Below are positions 34,157 through 42,694 of a DNA stretch of 64,000 nt, piece after piece. Origin of the DNA: an uncultured Gammaproteobacteria bacterium (GTDB taxonomy: Bacteria > Pseudomonadota > Gammaproteobacteria > Magnimaribacterales > D2472); the NCBI GenBank assembly GCA_964523375.1, contig CAZFYG010000002.1, forward strand, positions 1,988 through 65,987, written 5' to 3'. The notes beneath the pieces are model-generated. The model searched no databases and was not told the DNA's origin. It saw nothing but the letters and a program-made list of their open reading frames with translations. How positions within the stretch are numbered: the stretch's first letter is position 1; each line of letters starts with the position of its first letter. Made by a program: the position numbers and the translations under genes.

Positions 34157-35611
34157 ATGAAAATTAATAAATTGATAAAAATAAGATTGGGATGCTATTT
34201 ATTTATAGTAATTTTTATCAGTTCCTTTGTTTATGCGCAAGCTGATAACCAAATTAAACTCCCAGAGCTTGGAGATAGGGTCTCTGGAGCTGTATCATCT
34301 TTGCAAGAAAAAGCAATCGGAGAAGCTTTTCTTAAACAAGCATACGCCCAAGCACCTTTAATAAATGATTCATTGATTCAGGAATATACTGAACTACTAA
34401 TATTTAGGCTTTCAGAAAAAAGCAAGGTGCAAGATAGATACTTTAATGTGCTTTTAATCGACGACTCATCTTTGAATGCTTTTGCAGCACCCGGAAGCGT
34501 TATTGGGGTTAATGGTGGGTTGTTCCTTGAAGCAGAAAATGAAGGTCAATTTGCATCAGTTATGGCTCATGAACTTGCTCATTTAAGCCAAAGACATTTT
34601 GCAAGAAATATACTTAGATCTCAAGATACAAGCCTATCATCTGCACTTGTTTTGGTTTCATCCATAGCGATTGCATTAATTACTAATCAGCCACAAGCAA
34701 TCATTGGAGGAAGTGCCTTCATGCAGCAAGAAAACCTAAGATATAGCAGGCTTTTTGAAAAAGAAGCTGATAGAGTTGGTTTTACTAATTTAGTAGCCTC
34801 TGGATATGATCCATATACGATGGGTGAAATGTTCGAGAATATGAATAAAATGAAAAGATACTATGGCGAAGCTCCGCCTGAGTTTCTTTTAACACATCCC
34901 GTAACATCTTCAAGAGTAAGTGACGCTTTTAACGCTGCTGAAAGCATTGATGCAAAAGGATCAAAAAAAGACAGCCTTGATTATTCTTTTATTCGCTCTA
35001 GATTAAAAGTTTATTATGAAAAGATACCAGCTACCTCTGTAAGCTACTTTGAAGATGCTTTCAAAAAATCAAACTTACCTTCGGATCAATATGGACTAGC
35101 ACTTTCATTGAGTAAAAATAATGAATTTAAAGATAGCATCCTTGTAATGAATGAGCTAATTAGTAAATTCCCAAAAAACTTAATTCTTAATACATCTAGA
35201 GTTGAGATTTATTTAAATGCTGGTCTGTACAAAGAAGCAAATAGTTATGTTGATAAATTTCTATCAATTTCTCCTGGAAATTATCCGCTAACAATTACAA
35301 AAGCAAAAATTTTGAATGCGACTGGGGCATACTTTGCAGCCGAAGAGTTATTAAGAGGACAGCTTCTAAAAAGAAATGGTGATCCATATTTATGGCTTTT
35401 GTTATCTGATATTCAAAGGGATGGTAAAAATATTGTTGGTTATTATCAAAGCAAGGCTGAATATCATGTTTTACTTGGCCAGTATGAGGAAGCTATAAGC
35501 CAATTAGAGTTTGCACTTCAACTTACAAAAAATAACTTTCAAGTATCAGAAAGTGTCATGACTAAAATTATTGATATAAAAAATAAAATTAATAAATCTA
35601 GAGGTCTTTAA
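34157..35611 (+). CDS. bepA: periplasmic M48 metalloprotease/chaperone BepA (YfgC)
   Basis: 484 aa with a signal peptide, the zinc motif HELAHLSQRH, a downstream EKEADRVG, and a C-terminal TPR domain. Confidence 0.85.
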   Translation: MKINKLIKIRLGCYLFIVIFISSFVYAQADNQIKLPELGDRVSGAVSSLQEKAIGEAFLKQAYAQAPLINDSLIQEYTELLIFRLSEKSKVQDRYFNVLLIDDSSLNAFAAPGSVIGVNGGLFLEAENEGQFASVMAHELAHLSQRHFARNILRSQDTSLSSALVLVSSIAIALITNQPQAIIGGSAFMQQENLRYSRLFEKEADRVGFTNLVASGYDPYTMGEMFENMNKMKRYYGEAPPEFLLTHPVTSSRVSDAFNAAESIDAKGSKKDSLDYSFIRSRLKVYYEKIPATSVSYFEDAFKKSNLPSDQYGLALSLSKNNEFKDSILVMNELISKFPKNLILNTSRVEIYLNAGLYKEANSYVDKFLSISPGNYPLTITKAKILNATGAYFAAEELLRGQLLKRNGDPYLWLLLSDIQRDGKNIVGYYQSKAEYHVLLGQYEEAISQLEFALQLTKNNFQVSESVMTKIIDIKNKINKSRGL

Positions 35612-36848
35612 ATAAATTCTTTTTTGTAATACTCCAGCCTAGGTATGTGTGAAGGATTGCAAATGGAATTGCGGCTATTGGCATATATGTAATTGAAAGA
35701 AATATAGATTTACCAATTCCCATAAAAACACTTCCAGAGAGGTCGCCAAACCTAGTCATAAATGTATCAATAAATACTGTGGTTTTATATCTATCCCTCT
35801 TTTCAAGTTGACTGTAAGCGATCTCTCTAGCAGGTTTATTAAATCCATACTCAAACACCCTAAGAAACGTTTGGCACAAGATAACAACTGCCACAGATGG
35901 GAAAAACCCATAAAGAGAGAAGACTGCTACAAATAAAATACCATAAACTATTAGTATGAATTTAATTCCAAACTTTGATATAACATAATAAGTTAAAGTC
36001 AGCTGTACTATTAAAGTAAGAGGGGAAACTATTTGCTCTATCAAAGCAAATAATCTTATCCTTTCAGGGGATAGTTCAGAATAGTTTTCAATAATTGGTA
36101 TTGCAGCTATCCATTGCACTGTCATAAGAAAAGTAAAGAACCATGAGTAGAGAGCAATATTTCTAATATCATCTTTAGTTAATATATTCTTGATGCTATC
36201 AATTGAGCCTCCTCCAACCTTGGATGAAAGGGCTTCGATTGAAAATGTTCTTACCATATAAGTTGCGAGGGCTAATGCTAGCAATAAGAAAAATGAGGCT
36301 GCAATCAAAAATAGTGCAATGCCACTTTCTGTAAATGAATTTGAAAGAATGCTAGATGTTTGCGAGCCCAACATAGCTCCAACTGATCCTCCTGCTAAAA
36401 CAAATCCATAGTATTTTCTGGATGAAGAATCTCTAAATAGATTAATTACCAATACCCAAAAAATTGAAACTGTAAAAAATGAATATATATTGCTCCAAAC
36501 ATAAAATATTCTTCCAAGCCACAATCTTTCAGTTACCATGGATTGAGACAAGCTTGATGAGTAAAGATATAAAAGTGCTAAGTTAAAAATAAAGAAAGAA
36601 TAAGTGTAAAAAATAATTCTTATATAATTGCCCCTAGATGCCACCCAGGAATAAATTGGATTTACCAAGATCATAACCAAAGTAGTACTTATCAGGAGAG
36701 GTATTAGCATTCCCTCACCGTAACTCTCTACAGCTAGCTCATTTCTTAAGGGTCTTAAAACATACCAGGAAGAAAGCACAAGATAGAAAAGAAGGCTTGA
36801 TAGAAAAGTTTTATTTTTTCTAAAGATGCCGATAATATTGTATTTCAT
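35598..36848 (-). CDS. polytopic membrane transporter, distantly Tlc/NTT (ATP:ADP antiporter, PF03219)-like MFS protein
   Basis: 416 aa, about 11-12 TM segments. The N-terminus LLFYLVLSSWYVLRPLRNELAV resembles Tlc F..+.NY..LR..KD..VV. The central IFWVLVINLFRDSSSRKYYGFVLAGGSVG resembles Tlc [29 protein letters not shown]. The assignment rests on remembered sequence only. Confidence 0.4.
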   Translation of the reverse strand: MKYNIIGIFRKNKTFLSSLLFYLVLSSWYVLRPLRNELAVESYGEGMLIPLLISTTLVMILVNPIYSWVASRGNYIRIIFYTYSFFIFNLALLYLYSSSLSQSMVTERLWLGRIFYVWSNIYSFFTVSIFWVLVINLFRDSSSRKYYGFVLAGGSVGAMLGSQTSSILSNSFTESGIALFLIAASFFLLLALALATYMVRTFSIEALSSKVGGGSIDSIKNILTKDDIRNIALYSWFFTFLMTVQWIAAIPIIENYSELSPERIRLFALIEQIVSPLTLIVQLTLTYYVISKFGIKFILIVYGILFVAVFSLYGFFPSVAVVILCQTFLRVFEYGFNKPAREIAYSQLEKRDRYKTTVFIDTFMTRFGDLSGSVFMGIGKSIFLSITYMPIAAIPFAILHTYLGWSITKKNLFKDL

Positions 36849-36863
36849 ATAGCTTAAGTTAGA

Positions 36864-36939
36864 TGGTGGGTCGCACAGGATTCGAACCTGTGACCAATTG
36901 GTTAAAAGCCAACTGCTCTACCAGCTGAGCTAGCGACCC
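36864..36939 (-). tRNA. tRNA-Lys (anticodon UUU), CCA encoded
   Basis: The minus strand reads GGGTCGCTAGCTCAGCTGGTAGAGCAGTTGGCTTTTAACCAATTGGTCACAGGTTCGAATCCTGTGCGACCCACCA. This is 76 nt with a 7-bp acceptor stem, anticodon loop CTTTTAA and T-loop GGTTCGAATCC, nearly identical to E. coli lysT. Its position after cpoB is as in E. coli. Confidence 0.97.
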
Positions 36940-36965
36940 ATGATTAAGCATCATAAAAAATGTGA

Positions 36966-37616
36966 TTATTCCATATTTTTCAATAACTGCAAGGCCTGTG
37001 ATGAAGCTGAGTTATTTGGGTACTCTCTAACTACAAATTTGTACTTGTCAGTTGCCATATTTAAATCATTATTTTTTACGTATATATCCCCTATTTTCTT
37101 GTGAGCTAGTGGCACTCTGTAATGATTTGGGTATGAAGAGATCAGATCTAAAAAATATTTTTTACTTATCTCAAGATTATTATTAATTAATGATATTTCG
37201 CCAAGCCAAAAAAAGGCTAAAGGTGATTTTTGATCATTTGCAAAACTTTCAACAAAAAATTTAAATAACTTGAATGCATCTTCATAATTCTGATCTTCTA
37301 ATGATTTTGTAGCAGCTGCGTAAACATCTTCTTCACTTTGAATATCACTCACCCCTTTAAATCTTATACTGCTATTTGCATTTATGGCATTACTTTCAGG
37401 TGTTTTATTATCCTCTTCATTAAAGGTTTCGTTTATAAGTTTTTCTATTAAATGGTTTTGGCTTTCAATTTGATTTCTTAGTTGAGCAATCTCGTTTTCA
37501 AGCTCTTGTATCTTTAAAAAAAGTATATCCGAAACGGTACTTTTTTCATCAGCGAAGCTAGGACAGGAAGCAATTAGCACAGCCAAAGTTAAAAGAGTAT
37601 TTTTTGTAATTCTCAT
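36966..37616 (-). CDS. cpoB: Tol-Pal system protein CpoB (YbgF)
   Basis: 216 aa with a signal sequence, a coiled coil (LKIQELENEIAQLRNQIESQNHLIEKL) and a C-terminal TPR domain. It is the last gene of the tol-pal cluster. The signal peptide contains LIASC, a possible lipobox. Confidence 0.8.
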   Translation of the reverse strand: MRITKNTLLTLAVLIASCPSFADEKSTVSDILFLKIQELENEIAQLRNQIESQNHLIEKLINETFNEEDNKTPESNAINANSSIRFKGVSDIQSEEDVYAAATKSLEDQNYEDAFKLFKFFVESFANDQKSPLAFFWLGEISLINNNLEISKKYFLDLISSYPNHYRVPLAHKKIGDIYVKNNDLNMATDKYKFVVREYPNNSASSQALQLLKNME

Positions 37617-37622
37617 CCTTTT

Positions 37623-38117
37623 CTAGTTAATCTCCGCCCTTCTATTTTTTGACCAACTTTCATCGTTTGAACCTGTTACAAGAGGATATTCTTCACCAAA
37701 ACTCTTCACTGTAACTCTATTATTACTGATTCCATTTAACAATAAATAATCTTTTACAGCATCACCCCGTCTCTGGCCAAGCGCTAGATTATATTCACGA
37801 GTGCCTCTCTCATCAGCGTGACCAGATACAGTAATAACCATATCTGAATTATCATTCATTGCTCGTACAACACTTTTTAGAGTTTGTATTGACTTGGTGG
37901 AAAGAGTAAATCTATCGAAATCAAAATAAACTACTGCATTGGTAGTTATAGGCTTTTCGTCATATGAAATTATAGTATCTTCTGCAACTGAAACTTCGAC
38001 ACTGCTTACAGTTGAATTATAGACAGATTCTTCTGTATTATTTGTGGTGCTGCAAGATACTGCAAACATGAGGAATGACACATAGAAAATATTTCTATTT
38101 TTTGATTGTATATACAT
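37623..38117 (-). CDS. pal: peptidoglycan-associated lipoprotein Pal
   Basis: 164 aa with a lipobox (FAVSCS) and an OmpA-like domain (VYFDFDRFTL...GHADERGTREYNLALGQRR...NRRAEI). Confidence 0.95.
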   Translation of the reverse strand: MYIQSKNRNIFYVSFLMFAVSCSTTNNTEESVYNSTVSSVEVSVAEDTIISYDEKPITTNAVVYFDFDRFTLSTKSIQTLKSVVRAMNDNSDMVITVSGHADERGTREYNLALGQRRGDAVKDYLLLNGISNNRVTVKSFGEEYPLVTGSNDESWSKNRRAEIN

Positions 38118-38135
38118 TATTTTTACTCCATTTAT

Positions 38136-39410
38136 TTATCTTAAATATCCCGACCAAGAAGGCTCTCTAACCTCTCCAGAACTTGATGGCAGTCTGAATT
38201 TAGCACCGCTGAGGGTAACACCGGCAAGAAGTCCAACCTTATCTTCCTTAATTGCATAGATTATCACATTACCGTTAGGAGAAATACTTGGTGATTCATC
38301 TAAGCGAGATTCGGTTAAAGGTCTTGAAAAATTTTCATTGAAGTATTTGAGAGCAATCTTGAACTCTCCTTCGCTTCTTTGAACAAATACAATACCTTCA
38401 TTACTTGGAAGATAAGATGCTTTAGCATTATAACTCCCATCAAAGGTAAGTCTTTTAGGCTTTGTATTAAATTTTAATAAATCTATTTCGTATAACTGAG
38501 GCGATCCTGATCTTCCGGACGTAAATAATATTTTTTTACCATCTGGTGACCATGATGATTCAGTATCTATGGAGTAATGATTTGTTAAACGTGTTAGATT
38601 TTTATTTTCTAAATTAAGAATATATATTTCTGCATTTCCATCTTGATATAAAGTGAGAGATAAAAACTTCCCATCTGGAGAGAATGCTGGCGAGCTGATC
38701 TGATATTTATTTTTTACAGCAACCTCCCTACTTCCAGTTGCAATATTTTGAATAAATACTTTTGCTAATCCTGTCTCAAATGAAACATACGCTATTTCTT
38801 TAGAGTCAGGACTCCATGATGGAGAAATAATTGCGCTATTACTCTTTAGTAAGATCTGCTCATTCATACCATCGGCATCAGCTAGCATCAATTTATAAAC
38901 CTTTGCAGATCCTGCAACATCTTCGCTGACGTAAAGCATTTTTGTTGATGAAATCCCTTTTAAACCTGTTATTTCTTCATAAATACCGTCGCTCACATAG
39001 TGTGCTAACTGTCTAGTTTTATTTGGTATACCATATATTTTTGAAGATCTTATTTTTCTCTCTTTTACAGAGTCGTAGATATCATAAGAAACGGTGATAT
39101 TCATTTTATCTTTGCTATCAATCTTCCCTTTTAAAATATAATCAACACCAAGAAGTCTATAATTTTTATAATTTAATTCCTCTTGATATGCCTCTTCCTC
39201 CAAGAGATCATTGGAACTTAGAACTGAAAACTCACCTGTCCTTTGTAGGTCAGCTTTGATAATTGCACTAATTTCATTTGAAATTGAGGTTTGGCCATCA
39301 AAATTATGAATAGCAATTCTGTAAGGATTGTCAGAACTTTCTGTAATTTCAAGAACTAGCTCTGCATTTAAATTTAAGAAAACGAAGAAGAGATAAACAA
39401 AAATTTTCAT
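38136..39410 (-). CDS. tolB: Tol-Pal system beta-propeller protein TolB
   Basis: 424 aa with a signal peptide and repeated blades (SPSWSPDSKEIAYVS, SPAFSPDGKFLS, SWSPDGKKILFTS, SISPNGNVIIY). Confidence 0.95.
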   Translation of the reverse strand: MKIFVYLFFVFLNLNAELVLEITESSDNPYRIAIHNFDGQTSISNEISAIIKADLQRTGEFSVLSSNDLLEEEAYQEELNYKNYRLLGVDYILKGKIDSKDKMNITVSYDIYDSVKERKIRSSKIYGIPNKTRQLAHYVSDGIYEEITGLKGISSTKMLYVSEDVAGSAKVYKLMLADADGMNEQILLKSNSAIISPSWSPDSKEIAYVSFETGLAKVFIQNIATGSREVAVKNKYQISSPAFSPDGKFLSLTLYQDGNAEIYILNLENKNLTRLTNHYSIDTESSWSPDGKKILFTSGRSGSPQLYEIDLLKFNTKPKRLTFDGSYNAKASYLPSNEGIVFVQRSEGEFKIALKYFNENFSRPLTESRLDESPSISPNGNVIIYAIKEDKVGLLAGVTLSGAKFRLPSSSGEVREPSWSGYLR

Positions 39411-40063
39411 GAAGGATTGAAAGTGAGCATTATATTTTTAAAATTTGTCTGATATATTTTTATATCCATTTTGCTAAAAAAATTAAATGTTTCAACCCTT
39501 TTTACGGCTTTAATTGCTGAGTTATCAAACCTAATGTTGCCACTACTTTTAAGTAGAGACACATTGATTATCCTTCCATTTTTATTTATCTGAATTCTAA
39601 GGTCGCAAACTAAGCCATCTTGAATATTTTTTGGTTTTAACCATGCGCCTTCAACAGCATCAATAATCATTAGGCTAAATTTGTCTGTATTATTAATTTG
39701 TTCATTATTTGAGAAATTTATTTCTTCCTTGATTAAATTACTAACCTCAGACGTTGTATTTATAGTTGGCTCAAATTCTTTAGATTGAGTAGTTTTGGAA
39801 GTTAGTGTTTTTGAAGAAATAATCTTGATTTCACTATAGTTTTCTTGAGCTATAGGTTTTTCTATATTGTTTTTAATTGGGCTAATTTTTGCATCTTGCT
39901 CAAAAATTAAACTAACATCTATTGGGTTATTTAGAACAGGTCTCACTTTTTTTTCAGAATAGAAATAGCCAACAAAAAAAAGTATCAGAGAAGCATGTAT
40001 TAGAAAAGAAAATGTTGAAGCTATAATGTAATTAGTTTTAATTTGCATAACCTGTAGTAACAA
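39407..40063 (-). CDS. tolA: Tol-Pal system protein TolA (short form)
   Basis: 218 aa with an N-terminal TM (FSFLIHASLILFFVGYF), a short S/T/N-rich linker and a C-terminal TolA/TonB-like domain (VCDLRIQINKNGRIINVSLLKSSGNIRFDNSAIKAV). Position is between tolR and tolB. An alternative start lies at 40048. Confidence 0.75.
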   Translation of the reverse strand: MLLQVMQIKTNYIIASTFSFLIHASLILFFVGYFYSEKKVRPVLNNPIDVSLIFEQDAKISPIKNNIEKPIAQENYSEIKIISSKTLTSKTTQSKEFEPTINTTSEVSNLIKEEINFSNNEQINNTDKFSLMIIDAVEGAWLKPKNIQDGLVCDLRIQINKNGRIINVSLLKSSGNIRFDNSAIKAVKRVETFNFFSKMDIKIYQTNFKNIMLTFNPS

Positions 40064-40460
40064 TGCCTATTTTTTCGATCCCAACACTTTGAACAGCTGC
40101 CATAGCTTTAGCAACGCTATCAAAAGATACACTTTTATCACCTTTAAATACAACCTCAATATCAGGATTTGCCGAAAAGATAATTAAAGATTTTCTTTTT
40201 AATTCATCCAAATCTATGGGCAGTTGCTCTTCACCAATATTAATAAAGTATTCACCGCTCTTATTTATAGACACAACAAGTGGTTCATTTTGTACTGACA
40301 TTTTTGTAGTGTCGGTTTGAGGTAAATTAACCTCAACACCTTGTATCAATAAAGGGGAAAGAACCATAAAAATAATCAATAAAACCAACATGACATCAAT
40401 ATAAGGAACTACATTGATCTCGGCATTTAATTTTTTCTTTTTTCCTAATCTGTAAATCAT
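40038..40460 (-). CDS. tolR: Tol-Pal system protein TolR (ExbD family)
   Basis: 140 aa. Contains INVVPYIDVMLVLLIIFMV and a periplasmic domain. Synteny supports the call. Confidence 0.9.
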   Translation of the reverse strand: MIYRLGKKKKLNAEINVVPYIDVMLVLLIIFMVLSPLLIQGVEVNLPQTDTTKMSVQNEPLVVSINKSGEYFINIGEEQLPIDLDELKRKSLIIFSANPDIEVVFKGDKSVSFDSVAKAMAAVQSVGIEKIGIVTTGYAN

Positions 40461-41131
40461 TTATTTTTTAAAGTTTGCTTATAAAAAATGCTAGCAAGTT
40501 CTTCAGAAAATATGACAGTTGATTGTGAGATGCTTTCAAGCTCAGAAGCAAATTTGTTGTATGCCAGGACTGCAGGTATAGCTGCAAATAAGCCCATGGC
40601 TGTTGCTACAAGCGCCTCAGAGATACCAGGTGCAACTGCGTTTATTGTTGCCTGAGTAGCATCAGATAGACCCTGGAATGAGGTCATAATTCCCCAAACT
40701 GTGCCAAATAAACCAATATAAGGGCTCACGGAGCCAACATTAGCTAGAAATGATAAGTTAACATTCATCTGCTCCTCATCTGAAGCTATAGCCACTCTCA
40801 TAGAGCGATTAATACCCTCTAAATCTAACTCAGTTACCTCATTGCTTTTACTAAGAGTATTAAATTCATCAAAAGCACTTCTAAAAACATTTAAAGATCC
40901 ATAATTAATATTATTGTCATTTGGTATTTCATTATAAAGTGAATGTAAATCTTTCCCTGACCAGAATCTAGATAAAAAATCAGAGTTGATTTTTTTTATT
41001 TTTTTATAAAAGTTATAGCGTTCAATTATAACTATCCATGTCAATACTGAGGTTAATAAAAGGATTAACATGACTGATTTTACAACCAGTCCTGCCTCGA
41101 GAAATAAATTTAAAACAGAAATTTCATTCAT
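40457..41131 (-). CDS. tolQ: Tol-Pal system protein TolQ (MotA/ExbB family)
   Basis: 224 aa with three TM segments and the conserved SPYIGLFGTVWGIM...VAPGISEALVATAMGL. Confidence 0.9.
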   Translation of the reverse strand: MNEISVLNLFLEAGLVVKSVMLILLLTSVLTWIVIIERYNFYKKIKKINSDFLSRFWSGKDLHSLYNEIPNDNNINYGSLNVFRSAFDEFNTLSKSNEVTELDLEGINRSMRVAIASDEEQMNVNLSFLANVGSVSPYIGLFGTVWGIMTSFQGLSDATQATINAVAPGISEALVATAMGLFAAIPAVLAYNKFASELESISQSTVIFSEELASIFYKQTLKNK

Positions 41132-41140
41132 AATAATTTT

Positions 41141-41551
41141 TTAACTAAAAAGTAATAATAAATCATTGTGAAACGGTTTTGGTTTATTTGTTACCGAATT
41201 TATGAGGCAAACTTCAACCTCTGCAGAGCAAAGAATTTTATTTGAGTTACTTTCTTTTGCTGTTTGTGAAAATGTTAGTCTAGCATTTGAGTTTTTGTAG
41301 ACCGATGAGGAAATGATCAAGGCATCTTCAATTCTTGCTGGTGAAATAAAATTAATTCTCATCCTACGAACCACAAATACTAATTGTTGGTTTAACAGCT
41401 TTTCCTGAGAGATACCATTGTCTATGAGGAATTCGGTTCTAGATCTCTCAAAAAATTTTAAATAGTTTGCATGATACACAAAACCTTGAAAGTCAGTATC
41501 TTCACAATAAACCTTTAGGTGTAAATCCTTAGACTTGATATGTTTGTTCAT
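41141..41551 (-). CDS. ybgC: tol-pal-associated acyl-CoA thioesterase YbgC (4HBT hot-dog fold)
   Basis: 136 aa. VYCEDTDFQGFVYHANYLKFFERSRTEFL carries the 4HBT catalytic Asp region. It lies directly upstream of tolQ. Confidence 0.85.
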   Translation of the reverse strand: MNKHIKSKDLHLKVYCEDTDFQGFVYHANYLKFFERSRTEFLIDNGISQEKLLNQQLVFVVRRMRINFISPARIEDALIISSSVYKNSNARLTFSQTAKESNSNKILCSAEVEVCLINSVTNKPKPFHNDLLLLFS

Positions 41552-41954
41552 GAAGCTCTATATCTTTTTGAAAAAGCTCTAACAAAATTTGTATGAAATC
41601 TGGCCAGAGTAAATCAACAGTTATTAAATGATTTTGAATATTTGGGTTAATTGTTGATGCAAGCACTCTAACTTTTATAGGCCTTCTATTAAATTTGTAG
41701 ATGAGTGCAGGTATTAGATCCTCTCTATCGGAAGCTCTAATTACCTGATCCCACCAATCCTGAGGTGGTTCTCCACCGTCACCATACCTCTTGCATTCTA
41801 GACACCATCGCCCAAGTCGGAGATCGGGGAGTTCTTTTGTTCTGGTTTGTTCCAATATTCTTTTAACAGGATTTGTTAAATTTAGCTCTTGAACTAATAA
41901 ATTACCTATCTCTCTTTCAAAATTTGCACCTTTAGCTCTTGAGTTAACTGGCAA
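41529..41954 (-). CDS. Hjc-like PD-(D/E)XK nuclease, putative Holliday-junction resolvase
   Basis: 141 aa. The N-terminus reads SRAKGANFEREIGNLL (KG..fERe), followed by P43-D44 and E53-C-K55 (LPDLRLGRWCLECKRY). This gives the E...D...ExK catalytic pattern and spacing of archaeal Hjc and phage-type resolvases. The TTG start is 2 nt after the yebC stop, and the 3' end overlaps ybgC by 23 nt. It occupies the ruvCAB slot. Confidence 0.55.
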   Translation of the reverse strand: MPVNSRAKGANFEREIGNLLVQELNLTNPVKRILEQTRTKELPDLRLGRWCLECKRYGDGGEPPQDWWDQVIRASDREDLIPALIYKFNRRPIKVRVLASTINPNIQNHLITVDLLWPDFIQILLELFQKDIELHEQTYQV

Positions 41955-41956
41955 AA

Positions 41957-42694
41957 TTATTCTCCTGGTTCAAAATTATCAGGGAATTGAGCATTGGTAT
42001 GGACTTCTTGCACATCATCAAGGTCATCCATGAAATCCATAATTTTTAATATTTTTTCAGCCATTTCTTGATCTACCTCTATGAGAGTATCTGCTCGAAG
42101 TGTTGCCTCAGCATTTGATATTTCAATATCATTAGATTTTAAAATATCATTTATATTACTTAATTCATTGTGGGGGGTAATTACTTCAAAATAATCACCT
42201 TCATCAACTAAATCTTCTGCTCCTGCATCTAAAGCAATATCCATTAAATCATCTTCGGTTATTCCCTTGGCAACATGAATAATACCAAGCTTGTTGAATA
42301 AATAGGCTACAGAGCCATCAGTACCAAGATTTCCACCAAATTTCGAAAAAGCATGTCTAACATCGGAGACAGTCCTGTTTCGATTGTCTGTCATTGTTTC
42401 TACAAGGATAGCTACGCCTCCAGGGCCGTAACCTTCAAATACTATCTCCTCCAAGCTTCCGGTCTCTCCAGTACCTGAACCTTTTTGAATTGCCCTTTTT
42501 ATTGTATCTTTTGGCATATTTGATTGGTTCGCTTTTTCTAGCGCAAGCCTTAATCTCGGATTGTCCTCAGGATCAGGGCCACCTTTAGCTGCTACCGTTA
42601 TCTCTCTTATAACCTTAGTCCATACTTTAGCTCTTGAGGCATCTTGTCTTGCTTTGCGATGTTTTATATTTGCCCATTTAGAATGTCCTGCCAT
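41957..42694 (-). CDS. yebC: YebC/PmpR family DNA-binding regulator
   Basis: 245 aa starting MAGHSKWANIKHRKARQDASRAK...NPRLRLALEKA, the hallmark of the family. Confidence 0.9.
   Translation of the reverse strand: MAGHSKWANIKHRKARQDASRAKVWTKVIREITVAAKGGPDPEDNPRLRLALEKANQSNMPKDTIKRAIQKGSGTGETGSLEEIVFEGYGPGGVAILVETMTDNRNRTVSDVRHAFSKFGGNLGTDGSVAYLFNKLGIIHVAKGITEDDLMDIALDAGAEDLVDEGDYFEVITPHNELSNINDILKSNDIEISNAEATLRADTLIEVDQEMAEKILKIMDFMDDLDDVQEVHTNAQFPDNFEPGE

Noticed and set aside
36849-36963. tRNA-Lys as a potential genomic-island integration site.
   Set aside because: There is no integrase, no direct repeat of the tRNA 3' end and no foreign-looking genes on either side. The tRNA sits at its conserved position after cpoB.
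41741-41840. Local GC-rich patch inside the putative resolvase gene, considered as stand-alone evidence for horizontal transfer.
   Set aside because: The patch encodes a W/G/P/R/D-rich segment (RLGRWCLECKRYGDGGEPPQDWWDQ) whose codons are intrinsically GC-rich. The rest of the gene is as AT-rich as its neighbours. Composition alone cannot support HGT, so it is mentioned only as a side note in the main finding.
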